DNA from: an uncultured Gemmatimonadaceae bacterium
GTDB lineage: Bacteria > Gemmatimonadota > Gemmatimonadetes > Gemmatimonadales > Gemmatimonadaceae
DNA: 64,000 nucleotides
Reading direction: 5' to 3'
NCBI GenBank assembly: GCA_964474535.1
Contig: CAYYSP010000003.1
Location: 134,999 to 198,998, forward strand
The notes under the pieces are model-generated. The model did no database searches. It was not told the DNA's origin and worked only from the letters and a program-made list of their open reading frames with translations. The position numbers and the translations under genes were made by a program. Of the stretch, positions 47,208 through 57,698 are shown one piece after another; within the stretch, counting starts at the first letter, position 1, and the number at the start of each line of letters is the position of its first letter.

Positions 47208-47707
47208 TCTGCTCCGTTCAGCTTAATGAACTCTACTGCTCGTGTGTCTAAGTCGAGTATCGCACCGCATGGTGAACCGTACAACCAGCCACACGATTCA
47301 CCAGGATTAACGAGCAAAGAATTGCCGCGTGTTTTCATTTCAGTTACGTGAGTATGGCCGTGCACAATTATGTCGTGTCTGTCTACACTTCGTTGATGTA
47401 CGTCGGCGATGTCGTGAACAAGCAGTACGCTCTTTCCACCCAACTCAAAGCTGTGTGGAGATTCAAAAATCTCCATTGCACCAAAGCCCGATTGTGCAGC
47501 AGCGCTTAGCGCATCTGTGTCGCCATCGTTTTTTCCAAATATGCCGATAGCTGGTACTGACAGATCATGAAACGGCTTGAGTGAGAACGGCGAACAGTAG
47601 TCGCCGGCATGCAAAACCAACGAAACACCACCAGAAACCATCTGCGAAAGCAACTCGCGGATTGCAGGTACCCGGTCGTGAGAATCAGATAGAAGACCGA
47701 TGCGCAT
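47195..47707 (-). CDS. Metallophosphoesterase, YfcE/MJ0936 family
   Basis: The start is taken at ATG 47707 ([11 protein letters not shown]). HAGDY and GHTH motifs follow. The start overlaps the lysA stop (TGATG). Confidence 0.8.
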   Translation of the reverse strand: MRIGLLSDSHDRVPAIRELLSQMVSGGVSLVLHAGDYCSPFSLKPFHDLSVPAIGIFGKNDGDTDALSAAAQSGFGAMEIFESPHSFELGGKSVLLVHDIADVHQRSVDRHDIIVHGHTHVTEMKTRGNSLLVNPGESCGWLYGSPCGAILDLDTRAVEFIKLNGAEWQW

Positions 47708-49002
47708 CAGTATTGCCTCCACTGCGGTGTCGCCTGCTCTAGTCTAACTAGGTCGGCGTAATCTTCTCGCGCGGTAACGACGGCGAACTGGCTACCGTTA
47801 ACCAGTACCTCCGCAGGGCGCGGGCGTGAGTTGTAGTTTGACGACATCGAGTATCCATACGCGCCAGCTGTTCTGACAACGAGAAGATCTCCAACGTCTA
47901 CATCAGGAATGTCTCTATCGAGTGCGAGAAAATCTCCTGACTCGCACACTGGCCCAACAACGTCAGCTACGTGTGACGCACGCTCCGACCTTACAACTGG
48001 CTCTATGTGATGATACGCTTCGTAAAGCGCAGGACGAATAAGATCGTTCATCCCTGCATCTACGATTACATAATTCTTGCCGCCACTTCGTTTACGAAAA
48101 AGTACACGCGTTAACAACACGCCTGCGTCAGCAACGAGGTACCTGCCGGGCTCAAGAACAATTGTTACGCCAAGTCCGTTTGTTGCCTTAAGCAAACCTT
48201 GTGCAAACTGTTCTAAATCTGTTGGTTGCTCGTTGTCATACGTAACGGCTAAGCCACCGCCAATATCTAAGTAGCGAAGCGAAGTGGCACCCATTTCTCG
48301 TATAGAGTGAACAAATGGCGCGATTCGGTCAAACGCGGCAGCGAAAGGCTCGAATGTAGAAAGCTGCGAGCCAATGTGCATATCCAAACCAACCAACGAC
48401 ACATTGGGTAGCTCAATAGCCATCTTCGCTACATGCAGCACATCGTCGAAAGGAATGCCGAACTTGTGCCCTTTCTCGCCAGTGCGAATGTACTCGTGAG
48501 GACTGTCTACAGTTACTTCAGGGTTAACTCGCAAAGCAATAGGTGCAACTTCACCACGCTTTGCGGCAACATGATTAAGCAACTGCAGCTCACCTTCTGA
48601 CTCTACGTTGATAAAGAGCACACCAGCCGAAAGCGCCTCTTCAAGTTCGCGCGCGCTTTTTCCGACGCCACTAAACACGACGTGCTTGCCACTATATCCC
48701 GCTAGCTGCGACCGATACAGTTCACCACCTGATACGATATCCACACCCGCTCCTAACTCTCGTAGCAACTTTAGCAGAGCGAGGTTAGAGTTGGCTTTCA
48801 CAGAGTAGTGAATGTGGTGCGGAACCGCAGCAAGAGCTTGGCTTAACCGCGTATACTGAGAACGAATAGTGCTGCTAGAGTAAACGTACGATGGCGTGCC
48901 AACCGCTAAAGCAATTGCTTCTAGCGATACATCATCCATGTAGGCAGTGCCGTTCTCATAGCGCAGTGGTGCGCTAGTAGTAGTTAGTACGCCCGCGCCC
49001 AT
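47707..49002 (-). CDS. lysA: Diaminopimelate decarboxylase
   Basis: HYSVKAN (PLP Lys), DIGGGL, EPGRYLV and CESGD motifs, 431 aa. Confidence 0.9.
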   Translation of the reverse strand: MGAGVLTTTSAPLRYENGTAYMDDVSLEAIALAVGTPSYVYSSSTIRSQYTRLSQALAAVPHHIHYSVKANSNLALLKLLRELGAGVDIVSGGELYRSQLAGYSGKHVVFSGVGKSARELEEALSAGVLFINVESEGELQLLNHVAAKRGEVAPIALRVNPEVTVDSPHEYIRTGEKGHKFGIPFDDVLHVAKMAIELPNVSLVGLDMHIGSQLSTFEPFAAAFDRIAPFVHSIREMGATSLRYLDIGGGLAVTYDNEQPTDLEQFAQGLLKATNGLGVTIVLEPGRYLVADAGVLLTRVLFRKRSGGKNYVIVDAGMNDLIRPALYEAYHHIEPVVRSERASHVADVVGPVCESGDFLALDRDIPDVDVGDLLVVRTAGAYGYSMSSNYNSRPRPAEVLVNGSQFAVVTAREDYADLVRLEQATPQWRQY

Positions 49003-50453
49003 ATAACCTCATGTACTGCGGGTTCACCTGTAACCATGCATTTTGTTGGCGCCGTTGGCGAACGGAACTCTGCGTCTGGAATGCATCGAATAGTTGCCTT
49101 CGTCTCTTCCTTAACACGTGCCTCAACTGCAGGATCGCCGTTCCAACCAGCGTAAACAAAACCGCCTTCTCCTTCCATAACTTCGCGAAAACGATCGTAC
49201 GAAATGGGCTCCCGAATTGAGTTTGCTTCAAGCCGCTCGCGCGCCGCAGCAAACATCTCGTTCTGAATGGTATCTAGAATAACCGGAAGCTCTGTGCGTA
49301 GTGACGCAAGCGACACAGACTGCTTGACACGGTTATCGCGACGTACAAGTACGCCGGTACCAGATGCAATGTCTCGAGGCCCAATTTCTAAGCGTAGTGG
49401 AATGCCGCGCAGCTCCCAATGATAGTACTTAGCGCCAGGCTTAATCCCTACACGGTCGTCTACATGAACACGAATACGCTCGTGGTCTGGACGCTTAAAG
49501 CTCCCTAACTCCTCAGCAATGCGGTGCGCCGTTTCAAATGTTGCAGCGCGCTCTTCTTCCGACCTCCAAATTGGCACTATTACTACTTGGATCGGAGTAA
49601 GCCTTGGTGGTAGTCGCAGTCCAGCGTCGTCGCCATGCGTCATCACTAAGCCACCGACCATGCGCGTTGATACACCCCAACTGGTGTTCCACGCGTACGC
49701 CTGTTCACCAGCTTCGTTCTGGAATGTGAGATCAAAAACTTTGGAGAAGTTTTGACCCAAGTTGTGCGAAGTACCAGCTTGAAGAGCCTTGTTGTCCTGC
49801 ATCATTGCTTCGCAGGAGTATGTACGCAAAGCACCTGCAAACTTTTCCGACTCCGACTTGAGGCCAGTAATGACAGGCATTGCCATGTACTGCTCCATGA
49901 ACTCACGGTACACGCCCAACATTCGACGCGCCTCTTCTTCAGCCTCGTCGTGAGTGGCGTGCGCAGTATGTCCTTCTTGCCACAAGAACTCCATTGTGCG
50001 TAAAAACAGGCGTGTACGCATTTCCCATCTAACTACGTTCGCCCACTGGTTGTAAAGCAACGGCAAATCTCTGTAGCTTTGCACCCACTTGGCAAACATG
50101 GAGTAAATAATTGTTTCTGATGTAGGGCGTACTATCAGGTTTTCTTCAAGTTTCTTGCCGCCACCGTGTGTAACTACAGCAAACTCATGCGCGAAACCTT
50201 CAACGTGTTCTTTCTCCTTAGACAGAAAGCTCTCAGGAATGAACAGTGGAAAGTATGCGTTTACATGCCCAGTTGCTTTGAACATGTCGTCCAATGCACG
50301 CTGCATCCTTTCCCATATGCCATAGCCATGCGGGCGAATAACCATGCTACCGCGAACGGGCGAGTAGTCGGCAAGTTCGGCACGCAACACAAGTTCGTTG
50401 TACCAATCGCTGAAGTTTTCAGCGCGCGTAGTGAGGTTCTTATCGTCGGCCAT
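48984..50453 (-). CDS. proS: Proline--tRNA ligase, archaeal/eukaryote-like type (no INS editing domain)
   Basis: FSDWYNELVLRAELADYSPVRG at the N-terminus, class II motifs (RPTSET, FLWQEGHTAH) and a C-terminal domain ending in ...WARAY (terminal Tyr). 489 aa. Confidence 0.9.
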   Translation of the reverse strand: MADDKNLTTRAENFSDWYNELVLRAELADYSPVRGSMVIRPHGYGIWERMQRALDDMFKATGHVNAYFPLFIPESFLSKEKEHVEGFAHEFAVVTHGGGKKLEENLIVRPTSETIIYSMFAKWVQSYRDLPLLYNQWANVVRWEMRTRLFLRTMEFLWQEGHTAHATHDEAEEEARRMLGVYREFMEQYMAMPVITGLKSESEKFAGALRTYSCEAMMQDNKALQAGTSHNLGQNFSKVFDLTFQNEAGEQAYAWNTSWGVSTRMVGGLVMTHGDDAGLRLPPRLTPIQVVIVPIWRSEEERAATFETAHRIAEELGSFKRPDHERIRVHVDDRVGIKPGAKYYHWELRGIPLRLEIGPRDIASGTGVLVRRDNRVKQSVSLASLRTELPVILDTIQNEMFAAARERLEANSIREPISYDRFREVMEGEGGFVYAGWNGDPAVEARVKEETKATIRCIPDAEFRSPTAPTKCMVTGEPAVHEVIWARAY

Positions 50454-50460
50454 GGTTCGT

Positions 50461-51816
50461 TCAGAAGGTATCAGCGCGGTTTTTTAGCATTCCGCGCAAT
50501 GCTGCAATACAAGAGGCGTCTGATGTCGCCTGAAGTAGTTCCTGCAAAGTTGCGAGAGTTGTCGTGCCCTGCGAGCTGCTATCTGCCAAAATAATTGCAT
50601 CTACCGTTGAATCGTTTCTGCACACCAAAGCAACTTGAGCATGCGCTTTTCCTGCATCGCCTATCTGCTGATTGGTACGCCTGCTCGATAGTCGCGAATA
50701 GTTAGGTGTATACTCAACGGAAAAACTCAAAGCGCGCAGTTTGGTGGCGAGTTGTAGTACAGTAGTGGCACTAACGCCTTCTGCAGGAACAATCCACAGC
50801 TCTGGCGAAGGTGCAGCAATGTCGGACATAAGCCCTCGCGCCCGCAGTAGCTCGCCTAGTACTACGTCTCCCATACCAAACCCTAAGGCCGGTAGCGACA
50901 CACCGCCCAAAGCACCAAGCAGATTGTCATATCTTCCACCACCACAAATTGCTCGGAACTCGGACTTTTTGTCGAATAGTTCGAACACTATTCCCGTGTA
51001 ATAGGCAAGACCGCGCACGATTGTAAGATCGAAACGCATAAAGCTTAGAATACCAAGAGCTTCGAGATGGCTTACGTACTCACCGAAACGCTCGACATGA
51101 GGTGCAACGACAGGCGAACTACCATACTTCGCTTTTACGTCATCGAAGGTTAGTTGAGCAAAGCCAAGCACTTCTTCTGCTACCGATGCGCTAATACCTG
51201 CGGCAAGCAGCTTCTCGCGTGACACATCAACCGGCTGGCGTTCAGCTTTGTCGAGTACTGCGTATAGTTCGGTATGCGCAGATTCTGGAATTGCAAGCTG
51301 TTCAAGCAGTGCGTTTAGCAAACGCCTATCTGACACTCTTGCAACTACGTCGTCATGCGTAAGCCCAAGCTCCCGCATGATATCAACGGCAACTGATAGA
51401 AGCTCTGCATCTGCTAACTCGTCTGCCTCACCTACAATATCAACATTGAGCTGAAAGTGTTCACGTAACCTTCCCTTTTGCGTTCTTTCGTAACGAAACA
51501 GCTGAGGTAGTGAAAACCATCGCACTGGTTTACGTAACGCCTGTGCCTTTGCCGCAACCATGCGTGCAAACGTTGGCGTCATTTCTGGTCGCAGTGACAC
51601 CTCGCGTCCACCTTTATCGGTGAAGGCGTAAAGCTGTGTTACAATTTCTTCGCCGCTCTTTTGTGTGTACAGATCGAGCGGTTCAAGGGGAGGTCCGTCG
51701 TACTCCATAAATGCGTAGCGCCGCACAACACGTCGCCACGCGTTAAAAATGTGGGAGCGTTCAGCACACTGTTCGGGATAGAAGTCCCGGAATCCGGGAA
51801 GTGACTTTGGAGGCAT
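50461..51816 (-). CDS. hisS: Histidine--tRNA ligase
   Basis: GFRDFYPE, LRPEMT, FRYERTQKGRLREHFQ (motif 2) and GGGRYDNL motifs. Confidence 0.9.
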   Translation of the reverse strand: MPPKSLPGFRDFYPEQCAERSHIFNAWRRVVRRYAFMEYDGPPLEPLDLYTQKSGEEIVTQLYAFTDKGGREVSLRPEMTPTFARMVAAKAQALRKPVRWFSLPQLFRYERTQKGRLREHFQLNVDIVGEADELADAELLSVAVDIMRELGLTHDDVVARVSDRRLLNALLEQLAIPESAHTELYAVLDKAERQPVDVSREKLLAAGISASVAEEVLGFAQLTFDDVKAKYGSSPVVAPHVERFGEYVSHLEALGILSFMRFDLTIVRGLAYYTGIVFELFDKKSEFRAICGGGRYDNLLGALGGVSLPALGFGMGDVVLGELLRARGLMSDIAAPSPELWIVPAEGVSATTVLQLATKLRALSFSVEYTPNYSRLSSRRTNQQIGDAGKAHAQVALVCRNDSTVDAIILADSSSQGTTTLATLQELLQATSDASCIAALRGMLKNRADTF

Positions 51817-51825
51817 CTTTGCAAG

Positions 51826-53148
51826 CTACCGGGCCAACGGATCGACCTGCAAGCGTGCCATTGCATCGCCTACAGTATGAAAGGAGCCGGTAATGAGTAC
51901 GGTATCACCCAGCGAGCTCGCGCGCTCGAGCGCTGTATTGAAGGAAGGCTCAATTATAAGCTCTATTCCGACAGACTCACCCCACTCAGCTACCTCTTCA
52001 AGCTGCCACACGCGCTGGGCAGGAGCGGTGGGAGCAACTGACACAACTATCGAACTAGATATTGCCGACAGTTCCGTAAGAATTCCTCGCCAGTCCTTGT
52101 CTCTAAGGATTGTGACCAGCGACGACACCGACCCAGTGGGCAGAAACTCTTTGATATTAGCAACTAGTGCGCGCGCGCCATCAGGATTGTGCGCGACGTC
52201 AAACAAAAACCGTCCAGCACGATGGAAACGTCCAGAGAGCCTGATGTTCTGCAGGTGGCGCTGCGCGTCGGCGGCTATTGCTGCGTAGTGTGGGCCGGCC
52301 GCACGCAACATTGCTAACGCAGTAGCCGTGTTGTGCGCTTGAAACTCACCCACTAATGGAGTTGAGAGAACACGTTCGCTCTGTACCGTATTGTCTGCAA
52401 AGTTGAACGTAGTGCCGTTACCGCTAACAACTACGTTACTAACGCTCCAATCGGCCGAAGTTATAACTGGAGTCGCTCCGGCTTTAACTGCTAAAGCGGC
52501 GAGCAGCTCTCTAATAACGGGGTCGAGTTCACCAATTACAGCCGGAACGCCCTTCTTGAAAATGCCAGCCTTCTCAGCAGCGATTTCTTGAAGCGTACTT
52601 CCTAAAAACTCCATATGATCGAAACCTATTTGGGTAACAGCAGAGGCAATTGGAGTAATTACGTTCGTAGCATCAAGACGTCCGCCTAAACCTGTTTCTA
52701 TTACTGCAACATCAACGTTCGATTCTCTAAAGAAATCGAATGCCATTGCTGTTGTAGTTTCGAAAAACGTAGCGCCGTGTCGAACCGCAACAGGATCCCA
52801 GCGTTCAAGCCAAGCAGTAACTGCTTCGGCAGACATAGCGCTGTCGTTTACTACAATGCGCTCTCTAAAGTCGACCAAGTGTGGCGATGTATACCGTCCT
52901 ACACGAAGTCCAGAACCTTGTAGTAGTGCTGCAAGCGTAGCCACTGTGCTGCCTTTTCCATTGGTACCGGCTACGTGAAACATTGGGTACTTAAGCTGCG
53001 GATTGCCGATGTCGCGCAATAAAGCTTCGACTCTTTCAACGCCTAACTTCCAAACCCCACTGGTCCGCGAATACAGCCTTTCCAGCGCTTGCTGGTATGC
53101 TGCATTACTCAACGAGTCGGGATCTGACGGCGCGATTTCTAGCGCCAT
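51826..53148 (-). CDS. folC: Bifunctional folylpolyglutamate synthase / dihydrofolate synthase
   Basis: Mur-ligase P-loop HVAGTNGKGST, then ETGLGGRLDATN. 440 aa. Confidence 0.85.
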   Translation of the reverse strand: MALEIAPSDPDSLSNAAYQQALERLYSRTSGVWKLGVERVEALLRDIGNPQLKYPMFHVAGTNGKGSTVATLAALLQGSGLRVGRYTSPHLVDFRERIVVNDSAMSAEAVTAWLERWDPVAVRHGATFFETTTAMAFDFFRESNVDVAVIETGLGGRLDATNVITPIASAVTQIGFDHMEFLGSTLQEIAAEKAGIFKKGVPAVIGELDPVIRELLAALAVKAGATPVITSADWSVSNVVVSGNGTTFNFADNTVQSERVLSTPLVGEFQAHNTATALAMLRAAGPHYAAIAADAQRHLQNIRLSGRFHRAGRFLFDVAHNPDGARALVANIKEFLPTGSVSSLVTILRDKDWRGILTELSAISSSIVVSVAPTAPAQRVWQLEEVAEWGESVGIELIIEPSFNTALERASSLGDTVLITGSFHTVGDAMARLQVDPLAR

Positions 53149-53159
53149 AATACTCGCGC

Positions 53160-54026
53160 TCAGCTTTCCTGCTCGTAGCCGGCAGCAGCAGGACGCCCGG
53201 TCATATGGCGTAAAAGTCGCGACAGTGTTGACCGCAACTCTTTCCTGTGCACCACTCTGTCGACCATTCCCTTTTCAAGCAAGAACTCAGCTGTTTGAAA
53301 ACCTTCAGGGAGGTCTTGTCCCAGCGTTTGCTTAATAACGCGCGGCCCTGCGAAACCAATTACAGCACCTGGTTCAGCAATGATCGCATCGCCTAACATC
53401 GCAAAGCTTGCGCTAACACCGCCGGTGGTGGGGTTGGTAAGAACTGAAACGTATGGAATGCGCCGCTCTGCCAACTGAGAAAGCACGGCCGACGCTTTAG
53501 CCATTTGCATGAGCGACAAAACGCCTTCCTGCATACGTGCGCCGCCGGAGGCAGAAATAATTACCAGTGGATGCTTCTTCTCGAGCGAACGCTGCCCCAG
53601 GCGTGCTATCTTCTCGCCAACAACGGAGCCCATCGAGCCGCCCATAAATGCGAAATCCATAATGCCTATCCCAACCGACATCTCTTCCATTCTTCCCATA
53701 ACCGTAAGAATGGCGTCAGCGTCGCCTGCATTGGTAAGAGCCTTACGTAAGCGGGCTGGGTAGTCTGGGAAGCCGAGTGGGTCTACCGACTTGAGATCGG
53801 AACCAACTTCAATGAGCGTGCCTTCGTCGAGCAACATTTGCGCGTAGTCCCACGCACGTAGTCGACGATGGTAATCGCAGTTTGGGCAAACGTTGTGGTT
53901 GCGAAGGAAACCGTCGCGTATATCAGTGTGGCCGCACGCCTCGCACTTCTCCCACGTATCGGGGGGAATTTCGAGTCGCTCGCGACGTGGCTGTCTCTGT
54001 TTCTTTTCCTTCCTGAACCATGCCAT
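53160..54026 (-). CDS. accD: Acetyl-CoA carboxylase carboxyltransferase beta subunit
   Basis: N-terminal zinc ribbon CEACGH...CPNCDYH, then FMGGSMGSVVGEK and SGGARMQEG. Confidence 0.9.
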   Translation of the reverse strand: MAWFRKEKKQRQPRRERLEIPPDTWEKCEACGHTDIRDGFLRNHNVCPNCDYHRRLRAWDYAQMLLDEGTLIEVGSDLKSVDPLGFPDYPARLRKALTNAGDADAILTVMGRMEEMSVGIGIMDFAFMGGSMGSVVGEKIARLGQRSLEKKHPLVIISASGGARMQEGVLSLMQMAKASAVLSQLAERRIPYVSVLTNPTTGGVSASFAMLGDAIIAEPGAVIGFAGPRVIKQTLGQDLPEGFQTAEFLLEKGMVDRVVHRKELRSTLSRLLRHMTGRPAAAGYEQES

Positions 54027-54137
54027 AGACTGTTAAAGATCGACAAAATTATCCCACTCGGCTAGTGCCTTCCCGCTGCTCTTACATCATTTCGTCAACG
54101 AAATCTTGTTTAAATGTTGGGCTTACCACCCGGACCG

Positions 54138-55394
54138 CTATAGCCCTATAGACTCGGGCTGCCCCCTGCCCTCACTAGAAACTCTTAGCAGCACACCAAT
54201 ACAAAGCCAGCTTACCAGCAAAAACGACCCGCCATAGCTAAAAAATGGCAAAGGAATGCCTGTAACTGGCATGAGGTTAAGGGTCATTCCCACGTTAACC
54301 ACGACGTGAACCAGCCAAGCCGACGCGATACCAAAGGCAACTAGGCTCGGGAACGGATCGGGAGCGCGCGTGGCTATGCGAGTACACCTAAGGAAAAGCG
54401 CCAAGAACAGCCCCAACGCTGCCGACACGCCTACAAATCCAAGCTCTTCGCCGAGTACCGAGAAAATGAAGTCGGTATGTCGCTCTGGAATGAAGGCCAG
54501 CCGCTTCTGACTTCCCAGAGTAAAGCCTTTGCCAAAGAGTCCGCCTGATCCTATCGCTACCTTGGACTGGATTACGTGATAGCCTGACGCTCGTGGGTCG
54601 ATAGACGGGTCTAGAAATACCAGCAGCCTTCGCTGCTGATAAGGCGCCAGCCCACCCCACAGTGTAGGAGCGGCCGCGCCGAGCACGAGGTTAGAAACGA
54701 TAACCGCTGTTTTTTCAAACCACGCAATGCGCGACCAAAACACGAGTGCCGCAAGAATGAAAAACCAAGCCCCCCAAATCTCGGTGCTAAAAGCCAAAAT
54801 AAGGCTTATTGCGGGACTGGCCAAAAGCAAAAGCAGCTGCCAAGGTACCCCGGACCAAAACAACATGGCAAAGCAAATTCCTATAAACACGATGCCCGTG
54901 CCCAAATCTGGTTGCGCCATAACCAACAGCCAAGGTACCGCAACTATTAGCAGAGGTCGCCACAGCTCAACTAGCGATGACGGCGCAACTCTTCTGTCGG
55001 CTAGCACGCGCGCCAACATGAGAAGCGTGGCCAACTTAGCAATTTCTGCAGGCTGGCCTATTCGCATTCCACCAATTGTAAGCCAGCCTTTAACTGATGC
55101 AGCGGTACCAGCGCCGGTCCCGGTAAACAACACCAATACCAAAAGCGCGCAGCTAAAAACGTAAAGTGGCCAAGCAGCCCACTCTATGAGTCGAACTGAA
55201 GCTCTGCTAACAACCCAGCAACCGACTAGCGCTACACCAAACCACGCGAGTTGACGCTTCCATGCGTTTACAATGAATCCTGACGGTACGTCAACTTGTC
55301 CCGCAGAAAATACCATTGCGATACCAAACGCGGTTAAAAGCAGTGCGACTGCTAGTAACGGAAAGTCGATCCCCTGCTTACGAAGCAACGACAC
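54138..55394 (-). CDS. rodA: Rod shape-determining SEDS protein RodA
   Basis: Polytopic FtsW/RodA/SpoVE pattern (QPAEIAKL, PDLGT, HTDFIFSVLGEELG, TGIPLPFFSYGGS). It lies immediately downstream of mrdA. Confidence 0.85.
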   Translation of the reverse strand: MSLLRKQGIDFPLLAVALLLTAFGIAMVFSAGQVDVPSGFIVNAWKRQLAWFGVALVGCWVVSRASVRLIEWAAWPLYVFSCALLVLVLFTGTGAGTAASVKGWLTIGGMRIGQPAEIAKLATLLMLARVLADRRVAPSSLVELWRPLLIVAVPWLLVMAQPDLGTGIVFIGICFAMLFWSGVPWQLLLLLASPAISLILAFSTEIWGAWFFILAALVFWSRIAWFEKTAVIVSNLVLGAAAPTLWGGLAPYQQRRLLVFLDPSIDPRASGYHVIQSKVAIGSGGLFGKGFTLGSQKRLAFIPERHTDFIFSVLGEELGFVGVSAALGLFLALFLRCTRIATRAPDPFPSLVAFGIASAWLVHVVVNVGMTLNLMPVTGIPLPFFSYGGSFLLVSWLCIGVLLRVSSEGRGQPESIGL

Positions 55395-57176
55395 TTACTG
55401 AGTAGCCGACGAATTGTTTGCGTTGACGAGCGATGTCTTGAGATATCGCTCCATTACCTTTGTCGCGATTCGCGCAGCGAAGTAACCGTGCTCTCCAAAC
55501 TCAAGCATCACGGCAACAACAATTTTGGGCTCATCAACAGGCGCAAACCCGACAAACCACGCATGATCGGGGTTGGGCGCATTCTGCGCCGTTCCTGTTT
55601 TGCCAGCAACAGTTAGTCCCGCAATTGCTGCACTACCCGCAGTTCCTCGCCCTGAGACTACATCTGTCATGGCAACTCGTACCTGCATTAGCTGTTCGTT
55701 AGTAAGATTGAACAGCTGTTTACGCTCGAGCGCCGAATCGGCGACAATGCGCGGATCGACCGTGCTGCCGTCGTTAGCAATGGCCGCATAGAAACGTGCC
55801 ATGTTAATTACAGTTTGTGTGTTCTCACCTTGCCCAATGGAAAGGTTAAGAGTAACCGCATTCGTCCACCGGTTTTTCCCAAACTTTTTGTCGTAATACT
55901 CCGCAGGCGTGGGGTTAGGAAACTCCGATTTTGTTTCATATGGTAAATCAAGTCCGGTGCGTTCCGCGAATCCCATGCGAATTCCGCCAGCGACTAGATC
56001 CTTAAGTCCCAACCTTAGGCCGAGTTGGTAGAAGTACACGTTGCATGATTGAGCAATCGCTTGCGCAAGTGTTGAATGTCCATGTCCGTTCCTGTTCCAA
56101 CATCTAAAATACCTACCGCCATATGTATATCCTCCAGTGCACGGCAAAGGCATGCGACTATTAATGTCTACATGTCCCAACTCAAGTCCTATTATTGCCG
56201 TAGCTAACTTCCATGTTGAAGCTGGCGGATAAAAACCCTTAAACGCTTTCTGATAAAGTGGCTTCCTAGGGTCTGTATTTAAGCTGTCAAAATATCTTTG
56301 CGAAACGCCGCCGGTGAATCTATTAGGATCGAACGTCGGGCCACTAAACAGTGCTAACACATCGCCCGTACCTGGCTCCAACGCAACAACCGCGCCTTGC
56401 AACGAATCGCCAAACAGTGAGTAAATGTACCTTTGTAAGTCGAGGTCGATGGTTGTTACCAAGGGTGCCGGAGTTGACGCTGCAATATCAGGGCGCACGC
56501 CTGCATCTCTAACAACACGGTTGCGCGCGTCTACTTCGACGAAGTGTACTCCTTCAATGCCTCGCAAACGGTGCTCGTACTGTCGCTCTAGTCCGTCACG
56601 CCCAATAACCTGCCCCATTTTGTAGTCGGAAAACTCCGGCAAGCGAAGCTCAGTGTCGCGAATTTCACCAGTGTATCCCAGTAGCGCTGACAGAGCAGAA
56701 CCGTCTGGATACCATCGTTTAGGCGACGACTGAATAATTAGTCCAGGAAACTCGACGCGTCGTTCTTCAAGTACTGACACGTCTGCAAAACGAGCATCGT
56801 TAAAAATTACTGCCGGGCGTTGAGGAGATGCCCGAAAGCGCCGAACGACTAACTCACGTTGCGCTGAATCGATGGTGATTACGTTAGCTAGCGCAGCTAA
56901 GGCCGTGCGTAGGGAATCCTCGTTGGGAGTAAGAAGTGAAACAGAGTAACCGGGCAAATTCTCCGCAACTATTTCGCCATTTCGATCTAGTATCGTACCT
57001 CGAGCTGCAGGAACTGGTACCTCTCTAAGCCTGTTCCCTTCGGATTGTATTACGTATTCGGCACTTTGCAGTACCTGCGTTCGAAAAAATGCGACTCCTA
57101 GTGCGGCGAACACCACAACGAACAGCGCGCGAGCGAACCGAGCCCGTCGTATCACGTCATTGGGATGATAGCTCAC
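55395..57176 (-). CDS. mrdA: Penicillin-binding protein 2 (elongasome transpeptidase)
   Basis: RG.I.DRNG near the N-terminus, SxxK (PASTWK), SCN and KTGTAQ motifs. 593 aa. Confidence 0.9.
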   Translation of the reverse strand: MSYHPNDVIRRARFARALFVVVFAALGVAFFRTQVLQSAEYVIQSEGNRLREVPVPAARGTILDRNGEIVAENLPGYSVSLLTPNEDSLRTALAALANVITIDSAQRELVVRRFRASPQRPAVIFNDARFADVSVLEERRVEFPGLIIQSSPKRWYPDGSALSALLGYTGEIRDTELRLPEFSDYKMGQVIGRDGLERQYEHRLRGIEGVHFVEVDARNRVVRDAGVRPDIAASTPAPLVTTIDLDLQRYIYSLFGDSLQGAVVALEPGTGDVLALFSGPTFDPNRFTGGVSQRYFDSLNTDPRKPLYQKAFKGFYPPASTWKLATAIIGLELGHVDINSRMPLPCTGGYTYGGRYFRCWNRNGHGHSTLAQAIAQSCNVYFYQLGLRLGLKDLVAGGIRMGFAERTGLDLPYETKSEFPNPTPAEYYDKKFGKNRWTNAVTLNLSIGQGENTQTVINMARFYAAIANDGSTVDPRIVADSALERKQLFNLTNEQLMQVRVAMTDVVSGRGTAGSAAIAGLTVAGKTGTAQNAPNPDHAWFVGFAPVDEPKIVVAVMLEFGEHGYFAARIATKVMERYLKTSLVNANNSSATQ

Positions 57177-57182
57177 GTGGTA

Positions 57183-57698
57183 TCAGGAAGAACGTGGTCG
57201 GAATATGGGGCGGAAAAGTGTCAGAAGCAGAATAGCGAGTAGTGCCGTAAACGCTGAGGCCAACGTCGACCACAGTAGTAGTTGCACGACAAGCTCTGAC
57301 CCACGAATCTCACGCCCTACTACCATGTATATGGCGTCGAACGTCCACTTGCCAAGAAAGATAAAAACACCGGTAAGTGCAACATGTTCTGCGAAGAAAA
57401 TCGCTCTTAACCAAGAAGCAGCGTATGCAACGAACGTAAAAGCGAGAGTAGCTGCCCCGAACGATGTTGGAGTAAGCGAATCGACGATCACACCGGCAAC
57501 AAAACCGATAATCGCCGCGACACCGGGACGCACTCCGACAGCGAGAAATAGCACAGCTATCGCAATGAAATCTATAGGCGCGGGCCCGCCAATTACTGTT
57601 CGAATGGAGAAGTGCGCGATAAGTAGCAGCAGTACACCAACGCCCGCAAGAAAGAAGCTTGCGGCACCAGATGATGCAGGGCGCGGACGATGTCTCAT
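57183..57698 (-). CDS. mreD: Rod shape-determining protein MreD
   Basis: 171-aa polytopic ORF in the mreD position between mreC and mrdA. 4-nt overlap with mreC. Confidence 0.7.
   Translation of the reverse strand: MRHRPRPASSGAASFFLAGVGVLLLLIAHFSIRTVIGGPAPIDFIAIAVLFLAVGVRPGVAAIIGFVAGVIVDSLTPTSFGAATLAFTFVAYAASWLRAIFFAEHVALTGVFIFLGKWTFDAIYMVVGREIRGSELVVQLLLWSTLASAFTALLAILLLTLFRPIFRPRSS

Noticed and set aside
49046-49060. TTGGCGCCGTTGGCG, partly resembling the lexA-upstream palindrome
   Set aside because: It lies inside the proS coding sequence and is not a true palindrome. It is most likely a chance match and does not support the operator hypothesis.
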